Below, piece by piece: positions 21,962-32,152 of a DNA stretch of 36,863 nucleotides. Where the stretch lies: NCBI GenBank assembly GCA_043778375.1, contig JAYWGH010000012.1, forward strand, positions 1 to 36,863, in the 5' to 3' direction. Source of the stretch: a bacterium (lineage in GTDB: Bacteria > Patescibacteriota > Gracilibacteria > BD1-5 > UBA2023). The position numbers were made by a program, and so were the translations under genes. Positions within the stretch are counted from its first letter, which is position 1. Each line of letters begins with the position of its first letter. Under the pieces are notes generated by a model that ran no database searches, was not told where the DNA came from, and was given only the letters and a program-made list of their open reading frames with translations.

Positions 21962-21989
21962 TGTATATATTTTGGCTGATTGTAGCCAA
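21962..21989 (-). promoter_or_regulatory. promoter abutting the lepA ATG (leaderless geometry)
   Basis: The minus sense reads TTGGCT (21984-21989), a 16-nt spacer, TATACA (21962-21967), 6 nt, then ATG (21953-21955). Confidence 0.4.
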
Positions 21990-22012
21990 GAATGATGATT
22001 TTGAAAACCAAA

Positions 22013-22039
22013 TTGACTTGGGTTTTTTGCGAGTATTAT
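22013..22039 (+). promoter_or_regulatory. possible promoter for orphan gene A
   Basis: TTGACT (22013-22018), a 15-nt spacer (short), then TATTAT (22034-22039), lying 14 nt before ATG 22054. Confidence 0.3.
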
Positions 22040-22053
22040 CTTGGGGTTACTCT

Positions 22054-22800
22054 ATGAATACGCCAAAGGTCAATACTCCACGAACTCAAGAAGATAAGGG
22101 AGCAGCACTCGCACTCATTTCTGCAGCTGTAGAGACTCAGAAGGCTCTTTTAATTCTTGCAAAAAAGATTTCTACAATTGCAACTCCTACTAAAGAGTTA
22201 CCTCCTCCAAATTACAGCGAAACTATCGACACTGCGCTTAAACTCGATCAAGAAATCAAATATTTTTTCAATTGGACTCATTCTTTCAGAACTCTACTCT
22301 CGGGTGCAGACGAATCTGAAGTAGATACAAAGACTCTACTCATAGACCAATGATTTAATGATTATCTCGCAGAATTCTCAGAGTTATCAAAAGTTCTCGA
22401 CATATTCACCATTAGTATTTTTGCGAGTATGGAGCGCAAGGAAATACCGAGTGATCTCAGTAATCGTGAAAATACTGTCTGTCACGATATATGTGCTATT
22501 AATTTTGGTACTTCGATATCAAAACTTATCGACTTACAAAAGCTTATAAACGCACGAGAAAAGCTCGATAGAGAAAGTCCGGTGAATAATATCAGCTCGT
22601 TCCGCAGATTAATAAGTAAGTGAGTTACAGCAATGAAGAGAGACTCTGCTGAAAACTGGAGGATGATTTGATATAGATGGATACAAGAGCTCACTGAAGT
22701 CGAGCTAGCACTCGAGGCAGTACGGATACACAAAGATCATCTTGATAATAAATGTTCGGGACCTACCAGGCATGTCGTATATTCACTCCTTCTCAATTAG
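22054..22800 (+). CDS. hypothetical protein A (248 aa), AT-rich orphan
   Basis: Track ORFs 21961..22353 and 22429..22623 share a frame. Reading TGA at 22351, 22621 and 22666 as Gly gives one ORF from ATG 22054 to TAG 22798-22800. The GTG at 21961 was rejected because it lies 6 nt from the divergent lepA start. No family was recognised. Confidence 0.5.
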
Positions 22801-22803
22801 ACT

Positions 22804-23097
22804 ATGAAAAATGCTTTCCGTGAAAAAGTACAGACTCTAGCCACTCAAACCTCAGAGCTTCTCAAGAGAGCAAAAGCACTCGATAGTATGCTCGATCCAC
22901 ACCTCGATGATGAATCAGCAGACAATGAAATTGCAGTAATAACTTGTGGGGTAAATGAACTTGAAAACTCTCCAAAAGTTGAAATCACATCATCTACAGA
23001 CACTCCTATATATAGAGAAGACTCGAGAAAGGCTAGGAGTACTTATTGCGACTACAGATCTACGCCGAATACGAATAAATTTAGCAGTTACCTTTAG
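22804..23097 (+). CDS. hypothetical protein B (97 aa)
   Basis: Its ATG lies 4 nt after the stop of A, and it ends at TAG 23095-23097. The last ~50 aa are low-complexity and overlap ORF C in another frame. Confidence 0.35.
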   Translation: MKNAFREKVQTLATQTSELLKRAKALDSMLDPHLDDESADNEIAVITCGVNELENSPKVEITSSTDTPIYREDSRKARSTYCDYRSTPNTNKFSSYL

Positions 23098-23236
23098 GAA
23101 AAATAATTATTCAGGGGTAGCACTTTGGTTTGATAATTTTACCCATCACACTCAGATCGGAATTCTCGATACTCTTATAGGCGATCTACGTAAAACCATA
23201 GCTGCACGACACTTAGCGATTTGAGTTAAAAATTAA
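22955..23236 (+). CDS. hypothetical protein C (93 aa)
   Basis: ATG 22955 follows an in-frame TAA directly. The frame reads through TGA 23222 to TAA 23234-23236. The sequence looks helical and globular (..LGVLIATTDLRRIRINLAVTF..GILDTLIGDLRKTIAARHLAI). It overlaps B by 143 nt in the +1 frame. Confidence 0.4.
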
Positions 23237-24459
23237 CCTATCTCCCCCCGCACCCCCGCCACAAACTCTCCCACCGGAAAGTCACTCACAAACGAGCGTT
23301 TAAACGGTATTTGAAATGACGGCAGCCAGAAAGAGTGTTTCCAAATATTCCCGGCAAGTCGCCCATTTGGAAGATGTGCAAAGGCACACTCCCAAGCCCC
23401 CCACCGGTAACTCCGAGGTACAGCTCCTGCGAGAAGTGGCCCCCATACCGCATGATTTCCAAACGTAAACACACTCACCGAGTTGGTGTGTGAGCGCATC
23501 ATATTAATCCCACCACCATCTATTCCCATCACAAACTGATAACCTGCGGCATGGTCTGAAAGCTCGGCAAAACTAAAAGCCCTCTCTACAAATATAACAT
23601 TTTTGGGGAGGTTGGTCTCGAGCTTGAGAGCCCCTATGATGGCAAACTCATCCGCATCGTGGATGTGTATCTCTTGTTCTGGGAATACTCTCGCAAACTC
23701 CCTGGCAAGACGAGACCAGACGGTGACCTCAAAGTTGCGAAACTCCTTCGCACCGACAAACAGAAGAATATTTTTGGGGGTGACATCAGGGTACTCTGGG
23801 TAAAATCTCGTCACTTGTGAGTACACATATGAACGGAGATCAGGTAGACTCAAAAAGTCAGAAAATGCTTGTATCTGCGCCTCAACGAGCTGTGTCCCTG
23901 CACTCCCTGCAAATCTCTCAGAAGTCGTCGCGTCAAACAAAAATGAAAATGGTCCTCGGTTTGAGCTCATCCAATATGCGTTATGATACTCGCTAAACTC
24001 CCCGATCATCATCTCATTCACACTATCTACGAGATCTACAAAAGCCACTCGCGAGCGCATTCGCCCAAGTATCCTCGGTGTAAACATCACGAGAGACCGC
24101 ACACACATGCACAGTGTCCGATAAATAGACCTCGTGTAGGCGTACCGCTCTGCCGTCGAGCTCATGATCACCTCTACTCCCTGCATCGACCCAAAGGGCT
24201 CGAGGATAGCATGGTTGAGGCTCGAGGAGAGTATTCGCACACTCCCCTGCCACCCGTGCGAACGGAGATGATCGACCAAACACTCAAAAAATGGCCTCGA
24301 GATCACCGCGTCTCCAATACGATCCGCACGATTGATCACAAGGAGATCAATGTCCTCGAGAGTGATCGATTTACTCACGCGGACAAGGAGTCTCAGTTTC
24401 CCAAAAAGTGTCCAGATCGTATCGAGCACTTTGTAGGCGAGGATTTGAAGGTAGACCAT
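23233..24459 (-). CDS. GT9-like glycosyltransferase, paralog 1 (408 aa)
   Basis: ATG 24457-24459 lies 1 nt after the stop of the upstream GT4. It has an N-terminal LLVINRADRIGDAVISRPFF (compare GT9 iGDvv..tP) and a C-terminal VMGIDGGGINMMRS (compare GT9 NDSGpmHlA). It contains no in-frame TGA and is GC-rich. It is clearly paralogous to 32153..33388. Confidence 0.6.
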   Translation of the reverse strand: MVYLQILAYKVLDTIWTLFGKLRLLVRVSKSITLEDIDLLVINRADRIGDAVISRPFFECLVDHLRSHGWQGSVRILSSSLNHAILEPFGSMQGVEVIMSSTAERYAYTRSIYRTLCMCVRSLVMFTPRILGRMRSRVAFVDLVDSVNEMMIGEFSEYHNAYWMSSNRGPFSFLFDATTSERFAGSAGTQLVEAQIQAFSDFLSLPDLRSYVYSQVTRFYPEYPDVTPKNILLFVGAKEFRNFEVTVWSRLAREFARVFPEQEIHIHDADEFAIIGALKLETNLPKNVIFVERAFSFAELSDHAAGYQFVMGIDGGGINMMRSHTNSVSVFTFGNHAVWGPLLAGAVPRSYRWGAWECAFAHLPNGRLAGNIWKHSFWLPSFQIPFKRSFVSDFPVGEFVAGVRGEIG

Positions 24460-24460
24460 A

Positions 24461-25579
24461 CTAAATAAACTCAGATAAACGCTTTGTGCACTCGGTGAGG
24501 GAGAATTTCTGCCCCTGACGGATACACCCATCCCGCAAAGTGCTCACATACTCAGGAGTCATCTCCCTCACAGCTCGGGCGAGCTCCTCAGGAGTACATT
24601 CAGGTGGGAGCATGATCCCAGTCTCGGGACTCTGCATCGACTCGAGAAATCCACCCTCCGCGACCGTGATCATTGGAACTCCCGAGATGAGCGCCTCGAT
24701 CGTATTGAGTCCAAAATCTTCATTTCTGGAAATATATATCCCAGCAATTGCCCGACGCGTATAGAGCGCGACCTGCGAGTTATCCTCGAGTACCTTGAAC
24801 TCAATATTTGGAGCTCCATCAGCGAGTGCTCGAAACTCGTCTTTCTGAGGATCGTTTGCCCCATGGAGGAGGAGGAGTTTGTGATCAGGAAGCGGCTTAA
24901 AGGCTCGGATCACCGTATCTACGCGCTTTGCGTGTGCGAGTCGTGCTGTCGAGAGATAGTAGTTACCACGAGACTCACTCGGCTCCAGAGGATAGAACTC
25001 TCTCGCGTCGACTGGTGGATAGAGTACCTCAACAGTGATACCTGGGGCGAGAGTCCGCAGAGTAACCGCGTTTTGCTCGGAGTTTGCGAGGATCAAATGC
25101 ATACTCCTGAGATCCCAGAGATACCAAGCCCGAAGCGCCGTGAGCATCACTCCCGCAAAAGGTCGTGCATACCAGGATATTTTTGCAAGATATTGATCTC
25201 GCTGATCAAACAGATGTCGCGAAATACTATGTGCGTAGTAGACTCTGCGAGCACGGGGTGCCCAGAGTCTCGCACTGATAGCCTCATTTGAAAATATCAC
25301 CGTATCGTAGCCCCGCAGTACAGAGGCTCTCAGCAAAAACGAGAGCTTCATACCGATAAATCCCACTATCCCCCGCTGAAATCTCGGGTAAAGTGCCGTC
25401 ATCTGACCTTCAAAACCCATAACTCTTGGGTCAAAGCTCGCCTCTGAGAATACTGAGCTCACGAGATCTGCACCGAGATACATTGCTATCTGTATATTCA
25501 TCCGCTCCGCACCTCCACGCACAAAAAAACTATCATGCACGATAGCGTATCTTTTGCTTGGTATTTTAAGATCATTCAT
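24461..25579 (-). CDS. GT4-family glycosyltransferase (372 aa)
   Basis: GT-B fold with an EX7E-type motif (NEDFGLNTIEALISGVP). Intact ORF ending in TAG, with no in-frame TGA. Confidence 0.75.
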   Translation of the reverse strand: MNDLKIPSKRYAIVHDSFFVRGGAERMNIQIAMYLGADLVSSVFSEASFDPRVMGFEGQMTALYPRFQRGIVGFIGMKLSFLLRASVLRGYDTVIFSNEAISARLWAPRARRVYYAHSISRHLFDQRDQYLAKISWYARPFAGVMLTALRAWYLWDLRSMHLILANSEQNAVTLRTLAPGITVEVLYPPVDAREFYPLEPSESRGNYYLSTARLAHAKRVDTVIRAFKPLPDHKLLLLHGANDPQKDEFRALADGAPNIEFKVLEDNSQVALYTRRAIAGIYISRNEDFGLNTIEALISGVPMITVAEGGFLESMQSPETGIMLPPECTPEELARAVREMTPEYVSTLRDGCIRQGQKFSLTECTKRLSEFI

Positions 25580-25619
25580 ATACTGGACACATCGTAGTGA
25601 TCATCTCCAAATAGTAAAG

Positions 25620-26810
25620 ATGTCTAAAAAGACTCCCGCTGTCCAACCAGTAAATTCACTCCCCAAGAATACAAAAGTCGCCATTATTATGGACTGGCTG
25701 AAGGATTGGGGAGGAGCTGAACAGGTATTTTTTGATATACTCGAGATCTATCCAGACGCTCATATCTATACGAGCACCTTTGATTCCGTGAGATTCCCGA
25801 GCCTTTTCGGGCGTGTACGGGAGAGTTTTCTCGGGCGAATACCCTTCGTACGCAGTCACCCCAAGATGTTTCCATTTTTACGACCCTACGCATTTGAGTC
25901 GCTCGATCTGCGAGAGTACGACATTGTTATCTCGAGCTCGAGTGCTGAGTCCAAATGAGTCATCACCCTTCCAAATACTCTCCATGTGTGCTACTGCCAT
26001 AGCCCCACCAAGTACTACTGGCACAACTCTCACGCATACCTCGAGCATCCTGAGTTCGGATTTTGGAATCCTATTGCACGATTCCTGATGCCGTATTTTT
26101 TTCATAAAATGCGTATCTGGGACCTCACTGCCAGCACACGGGTTGATAGATTTATCGCGAACTCAGAGCATGTAGCAGCTCGCATCGCCAAGTACTATCG
26201 CAGATCATCTACGGTTATATGCCCGGGAATCGACGAAAAATTTTATACTCTAGGAGATGAGTCACAAAGAGGAGACTTCTATCTCGCAGTGGGACGCATG
26301 ATCCCATACAAGCGGTTTGACCTCCTTGTCGCGGCCTTTAATCAGAATGGACTCCCTCTTGTGATCGTCACCAGTACTCGCACTCGACTCACTCGAGAGC
26401 TCATGGCAATCTCGCGACCAAATATTACTTGGTGCCTCGATATATCCCACGAAGAAAAGCTCTCCTACATGCAGCGTGCTCGAGCTTTTATGTTCCCACA
26501 AGAAGAGGACTTTGGCATGGTACCGATCGAGGCTATGCTCTGTGGCACACCAGTAATCACCTTTGCTCGCGGAGGAGCTCTCGAAACTGTTACAGATAAA
26601 GTAAGTGGCGTATTTTTTGACGAGCAAACTGCTGAGAGTATTGCCTGAGCAATCACTCAGTTTGAGTTACTTACTTTTACACCAAAAACTGTGCGTAATG
26701 TAGCTCTCCAGTTTACTCGAGCGAGCTTTCAGGACAAAATGCGTACCTACATCGCAAAAGAATTCGAAAAAATGAAAAAGTCTCCTACACTATTTCATAT
26801 AAACCCCTAG
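25620..26810 (+). CDS. GT4-family glycosyltransferase (396 aa)
   Basis: Track ORFs 25554..25958 and 25986..26648 are one frame joined through TGA at 25956 and 26646, ending at TAG 26808-26810. It contains QEEDFGMVPIEAMLCGTPVI. I preferred ATG 25620 to the track start, which would overlap the divergent gene. Confidence 0.75.
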
Positions 26811-26813
26811 CCT

Positions 26814-28637
26814 ATGTGTGGCATCTTTGGATATATCGGAAATGCCGAGAGCATCTGAGCAGAATCCATCATTCTCACTGGTCTTGCAAAGCTTGAGTAC
26901 CGAGGCTATGACTCGGCTGGCATGGTAGTATTTTCCTCGCTCACCGGGTGCGACCAGTTTAAGGCAATTGGACATATACAAAGCCTCACCTCACTGGTAA
27001 ATGAGTCCAAAGATCCCCTCAAAAAATACAGATCTTGAATAGGGCATACGCGGTGGGCAACCCATGGACGGGTTACCCTCGAAAATACTCACCCCCACAC
27101 CGACGCAAAAAAAGAATATTTTGTCGTACACAACGGTATCATCGAGAATCATGCAAAACTCAGAGCTACCCTCAAAAAACAGACTTTTTATGGAGAGACG
27201 GACACTGAGGTAGTAGCAAAGCTCCTGGCAGAAACTCCTGGCGAGACACTCATAGCCCGAGTACAAACTATTGTCCCAAAACTCCATGGATCTTTTGCCC
27301 TCGTCATCATGGCAGCACAAGACCCGAGTGAGATGATCGGGATCAAAAAGTGAGGTCCTCTCATACTCGGTCGTAGTAAAAATGGTACATTTTATCTCGT
27401 GTCTGACGCAAATGCGATCAGTGGACTCGTCGAGAGTGTTGTATACCTTGAGGATGGAGACATTGTCCATATACAAAACGGGAAGTACACCATCGAAAGT
27501 CTCGGAGATCCCATAGTGCGCCCTCTCATAAAGCTTGCACATCATGCAAATTCGAGCGAAAAATGAAAATTTGAGCATTTTATGCTCAAGGAAATCTACG
27601 AGGCCCCCGAGGTCCTCACAAATGTTTTTCAGGGGCGAGTAAATTTTATCGATGGGACGATCGCAGCTGACGCGTTTCTCGATATCAGAGAGCTCCCATT
27701 TGAACGGGTAGAGTTTATAGCGTGTGGTACCTCATATCATGCTGGACTCCTTGGGAGTTACTGGATCGAGGAGCTATCGGATCTCGATACGGGGGTGACA
27801 ATTGCGAGTGAGTTTTTTAGTCGTACTCCGAGAGTGAGCTCGACTACCCTGTTTGTGTTTATATCTCAGTCCTGAGAAACTGCCGACGCAATCGAGCCAC
27901 TCAAGTGGCTGAGAGATCAGGGGGCTCATACTTTTGGGGTGGTCAATACTGTTGGCTCAACTATTGCGAGATTGACTGAGAGTGGGATTTTTACTCGAGC
28001 AGGTATAGAGGTAGGTGTAGCCTCTACAAAAGCCTATATTGGACAGATCTGAGCGCTCCTCATTATGAGCTTATTTTTTAGTATTCAGTCCTGAGCCGAC
28101 TACAAGGTATACCGAGAAATCCTCGCTGGCATCGAGGAGCTCTCACTCCTGGCAGATAGTGTGCTTGAGAGTACCCATGATATCAAAAAAGTCGCTCACG
28201 CACTCGCAGGATTTGAGCATATGTTCTTTTTGGGTCGAGGCCCATCATACGCTATAGCACTGGAGGCTGCTCTCAAGTTTAAGGAGATTACTTACATACA
28301 CGCTCACGCATCACCTCTCGGTGAGCTCAAGCATGGCCCACTCGCGCTCATTGATCCGAGGTGTCCTTGTGTCGTATTTCTCCCTGATGGGGCTGGTTTT
28401 GAGCAGGGGCTTGTATCTATTTCTGAGATCCAAGCGCGATCTGGACGAGTATGTGTCGTGTCTCAAAGTCCTGTCCCGGGTGCTGACTGGAATATCATTC
28501 TTCCAAAGTGTCATCCAGTATTTTTTGGATTCCTTGCCGCTATAGCAGGACAACTCCTCGCCTATCATGCCGCACATATCCTCGGACGAGAGATCGACAA
28601 ACCACGCAATCTCGCGAAGAGTGTAACGGTGCGGTAA
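26814..28637 (+). CDS. glmS: glutamine--fructose-6-phosphate aminotransferase
   Basis: The frame starts MCGIFGY at ATG 26814 and is open to TAA 28635-28637 through TGA at 26856, 27036, 27351, 27564, 27873, 28050 and 28092. The TGAs sit on conserved Gly columns (S-TGA-IGHTRWATHG; ISQS-TGA-ETADA; EK-TGA-KFEHFMLKEI). It ends ..NLAKSVTVR. The track shows only 27582..27875 and 28161..28637. Confidence 0.95.
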
Positions 28638-29134
28638 TGATACGAGCACTGTTTTTTGACCGCGATAATACACTCACTCTTGATCACGGATTCACCTTTA
28701 AGGTTGAGGATCTTGTTCTCCTGCCATGAGCTCACGATATCATCTCCTACGCAAAATCTCAGAGTCTCCTCATTTTTCTCATTACCAATCAGTCAGGGAT
28801 TGGTCGGGGCATGTATGGTCTCGCGCAAGCAGAGGAGTTTAATAAGGCTCTTGAAGTGACGCTCGGGATACAGTTTGATGGTATAGGAATATGTCCTCAC
28901 CTCGAGTCTGATATATGTACTTGCCGTAAACCTGCAACCTGACTAGTCACTCCGTTCATGCAAGAGTACAGTCTCACTCCTGATGAGTGTATATTCATAG
29001 GCGACAAGGAGATTGATGTGGAGTGTGGACTCGCTCTCGGCATGCGAACCGCAAGGATAACTCGAGCAGACACTCTCACAAATGCACACTTTCAGATTGC
29101 AAGTATCGCAGAGTTGACTAGTCTCCTTGAGTAA
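28637..29134 (+). CDS. gmhB: D-glycero-D-manno-heptose 1,7-bisphosphate phosphatase-like HAD-IIIA phosphatase
   Basis: Its ATG overlaps the glmS stop (TAATG). Motifs are FFDRDNTL, TNQSGIGRG, CPHLESDICTCRKPAT-TGA-L (family CRKP.pG) and IGDKEIDVECG. The frame reads through TGA at 28727 and 28940 and ends at TAA 29132-29134. Confidence 0.8.
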
Positions 29135-29135
29135 T

Positions 29136-30263
29136 ATGATCATTTCACTCATACGATTCATTGACGTTTGGATTCTGCGAGGAGTCCTTTTTCTCCTCCC
29201 AGTATCAAATATAAACACTCCACCGAGCTCCCCAAAGTGTATACTATTTATACGCCTATGGGGCATGGGGTCTGCAGTTCTGAGCCTTCCTCTCCTACAA
29301 AAACTCAGGAGCCTCTATCCTGAGGCTCGAATAGATATTCTCGTAACTCCAAATACTCGAGGTATTTTCACTCGCACTTCACTCGTAAATGGGGCTGTTA
29401 TCAATCTCTTTTCTCTGCAGGGTCTTTGACAAATTTTTCGAGCATTCAGGACATACGATCTCGTAATTGATACTGAGGAGTATTTTAGTGTCTCTTCGCT
29501 CGTGACCTTCTACTGCGGCAAATATCGTATTGGCTTTGACACCATGATCTCTCGAAAAAACGCATATCATAGAGCAACCGCATTCAATGCGATGCAACAC
29601 TTCTCAGATACCTACCTAGATCTCCTGCGGCTCAATACTGATGTGCATTTGCCTCTGGTAGAGAAACTCATCCCAATAGAATTTTCTCATGTTGCCAGAA
29701 ATACAGTTGAAGAATATATCCAGAGTCTCCCAACTCATACTCATATAATCGGCATACATCCGGGTGGCTCGACTACTGCGCCTGAGAGATTTTGGTCGAC
29801 TGCCCACTGGGTCTTTCTATGTATAGGTTTAATGGTCAAATACCCAAATACACTCATTCTCATGACTGGTACAAAGCTCGAGAAAGTAGCCCATACAGAT
29901 ATTTTGAATGCGCTCGAACACCAAGAGAGGGTGGTATCAACTATCGGTAGCATCCCTACAGACCTTGGTACTTTTGCAGCACTTCTCACTCATATGGACG
30001 CTTATATATCTAATGACTCAGGTCCAATGCATCTCGCTTGAGCTATGAGGACCCCAACTATTGGTCTTTTTGGTCCCAATCTCCCAGTACGATATGAGCC
30101 TCTCCCAAGGGACAAATGCATATGACTTTATAAAGGAAATTGAGTCCCTACTATTGATCCTCATAGAGGTGTATTTCAGCGCGATACAGAGTGACTCGTA
30201 AATAGAATTTCTCCGAGTGAAGTCTGCAAGCAAGTACAGAAAATTTTTTCAGAGAAATTTTAA
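29136..30263 (+). CDS. GT9-family glycosyltransferase (heptosyltransferase-like, 375 aa)
   Basis: ATG 29136 lies 2 nt after the gmhB stop. Track ORFs 29127..29429 and 29502..30041 are one frame extended through five TGAs to TAA 30261-30263. It contains LWGMGSAVLSLPLLQKLRSLYPEARIDILV and SNDSGPMHLA-TGA-AMRTPTIGLFGP. Confidence 0.8.
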
Positions 30264-31135
30264 TTCTTACGGAAAGACCAATTATCTTTTTCTATTTGGA
30301 TCCCAGAGAATCCGAGAGTTTCGAGGTATTTTACCGTCTCGATATGGGCAGGATTATTTTCAAAAATCTCAACGATCAAATCTACTCAGTCACCAAGTTC
30401 TCTCAGAAATTTTTCCATTCATCTGAGCACAGGAAGCTCGTATCCTTCAACATCTATAAGAATCATGCACACATCGTCTGCTTTGTATGCATGTACTATA
30501 GAATCATATGGCTTTACTGGTATTGATATTTTATGCGCAAGATGGGTATAATCGTCTGGAAACTGGGTAACTCTACTCCCACCATCATGTGAGTCAAAGT
30601 ACTCAAATGCTACCTCTCACACGTGATCGGAGAGTCCCATATTTATGAGTGTTACATTATTTTCAACACCTGAGAGAATAGTATTTACTTGTAACATCTT
30701 AAATGTCTCTGGGCTCGGCTCAAAGGCGACTGAGTGATACCCATAATTTTTCGCGAGTTCTATCACATAGCGGCCAACATGACTCCCTATATCGATAAAT
30801 ATTTTGTTCTTTTTACTCTGAAATCTCGCAATATTTGCGTCTATCACTATTCGAATTTCCTCCTCATATCCTGGTTGAGTGATCATCCAAGCATTCCGCG
30901 TATGAGCAAGATAGGTTCCCCAAGGGGTGGTAAAAAGTATAGCTTTGTTACAGAATTTATATACCCAGTGACTAAAAGTTACTAGTGCTCCTCATAAAAT
31001 TACGTTTACGATAGTAACAGCCTCTGTAAGAAAGAATCTCCACATCATATCGATTGAATGAGTACTCATCCAGTAGTGACGAGTGAGTCTAAGAATCCAA
31101 CGTGAATATCGAAGGACTCGATTTAAAAAATTCAT
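30260..31135 (-). CDS. FkbM-family SAM-dependent methyltransferase, copy 1 (291 aa)
   Basis: ATG 31133-31135 to TAA 30260-30262, through TGA at 30992, 30617, 30419 and 30386. The core reads FIDIGSHVGRYVIELAKNYGYHSVAFEPSPETFKMLQ (FkbM-type SAM motif). It is collinear with copy 2, gap-free. Confidence 0.8.
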
Positions 31136-31272
31136 AAGTACTTTAATGATAGGTGGATAGTATGAACAAGCTTGCTGATGTCAAAATTCCAAAAGGAATT
31201 GTAGTTCTAATTTCTCGTTCTTACTTGCTCTCTATGATTGAGAGATACTTAGAAAGTAGACTAAAAAAATGC

Positions 31273-32148
31273 TTAATTCTTTTTGAAAGACCAGTTTTCT
31301 CTATTGATCTGAAAGGCACTGAAGCCTAGACTCACTACAAAATCGATAGTCTCCTCACGAGCCGGATTGCTCTCAAATATTTCTACAATCATATCTGTTT
31401 CTGATGAGAGTTCTCTAAGAAACTTTTTCATACCCCTGAGTGCGTAAAGTTCATATCCCTCTACATCTACTAATATCAGCTTCACATCAGTTGTCTTGTA
31501 TGTGCGACTCAGTGAATCAAACGGCACTACAGGGATAGATAATTTCTGAGCAAGCTTTGTAAGCTCTGCTTCAAACTGGATAACTCGACTTGATCCGTCG
31601 TATGAATCACAATATTCAAAATTTACCTCTCATACATGATCGGATAGGCCTCTATTTATGAGTGTTACATTATCTTCAACACCTGAAAGAATAGTATTCA
31701 CTTGTAACATCTTAAATGTCTCTGGGCTTGGTTCAAATGCTACCGAGTGATATCCATAGTTCTTTGAAAGCTCAATAACATATCGCCCGACATGACTCCC
31801 TATATCTATAAAAACTTTATTTTTATCATTTTCAAACCTGGCAATATTTGCGTCAATAATAGAACGTATCTCTTCCTCATAATTAGGCTGAGTAACTGTC
31901 CAGGCATCTGCAGTATGAGCAAGATAGGTTCCCCAAGAAGTTGTAAAAAGTATAGGTTTGTTACAAAATTTATATACTCGGTGTTTGATACTTACATCGA
32001 TACCTCGAAAAAGGAAGCTCAAGACTGAGATAGTCTCATTCAGGAGAAATCTCCACATCATATCAATAGATCTTGTGCTTCCCCAGTAGTGTTTAAGGCG
32101 TATAAGAAAATCTTTTGAGTAGCGAGCAGCACGTTTAAAAAAATTCAT
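31273..32148 (-). CDS. FkbM-family SAM-dependent methyltransferase, copy 2 (291 aa)
   Basis: Track ORFs 31630..32220 and 31273..31527 are one frame through TGA 31630. The start was set to ATG 32146-32148 (MNFFKRAARYSKD) by homology with copy 1 (MNFLNRVLRYSRW). The stop is TAA. Confidence 0.8.
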
Positions 32149-32152
32149 ATAA

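Noticed and set aside
21961-22053. Long N-terminal extensions offered by the ORF track: 21961 for gene A, 25554 for GT4, 24531 for GT9-like 1, 32220 for methyltransferase 2, 11760 for the membrane protein, 9478 for ndk, and 33412 for GT9-like 2.
   Set aside because: Each would run into the neighbouring gene or divergent promoter. The internal ATG chosen either matches the family or paralog N-terminus, or sits at a stop/start junction.
26811-26813. A glmS ribozyme or riboswitch upstream of glmS.
   Set aside because: Only 3 nt separate the upstream GT4 stop (26810) from the glmS ATG (26814), so there is no room for a roughly 170-nt ribozyme.
26790-27578. Minus-strand ORFs 26790..26981 and 26991..27578 (195 aa).
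   Set aside because: They are antisense to the N-terminal glutaminase domain of glmS, which reads perfectly on the plus strand under table 25. They have no recognisable features.
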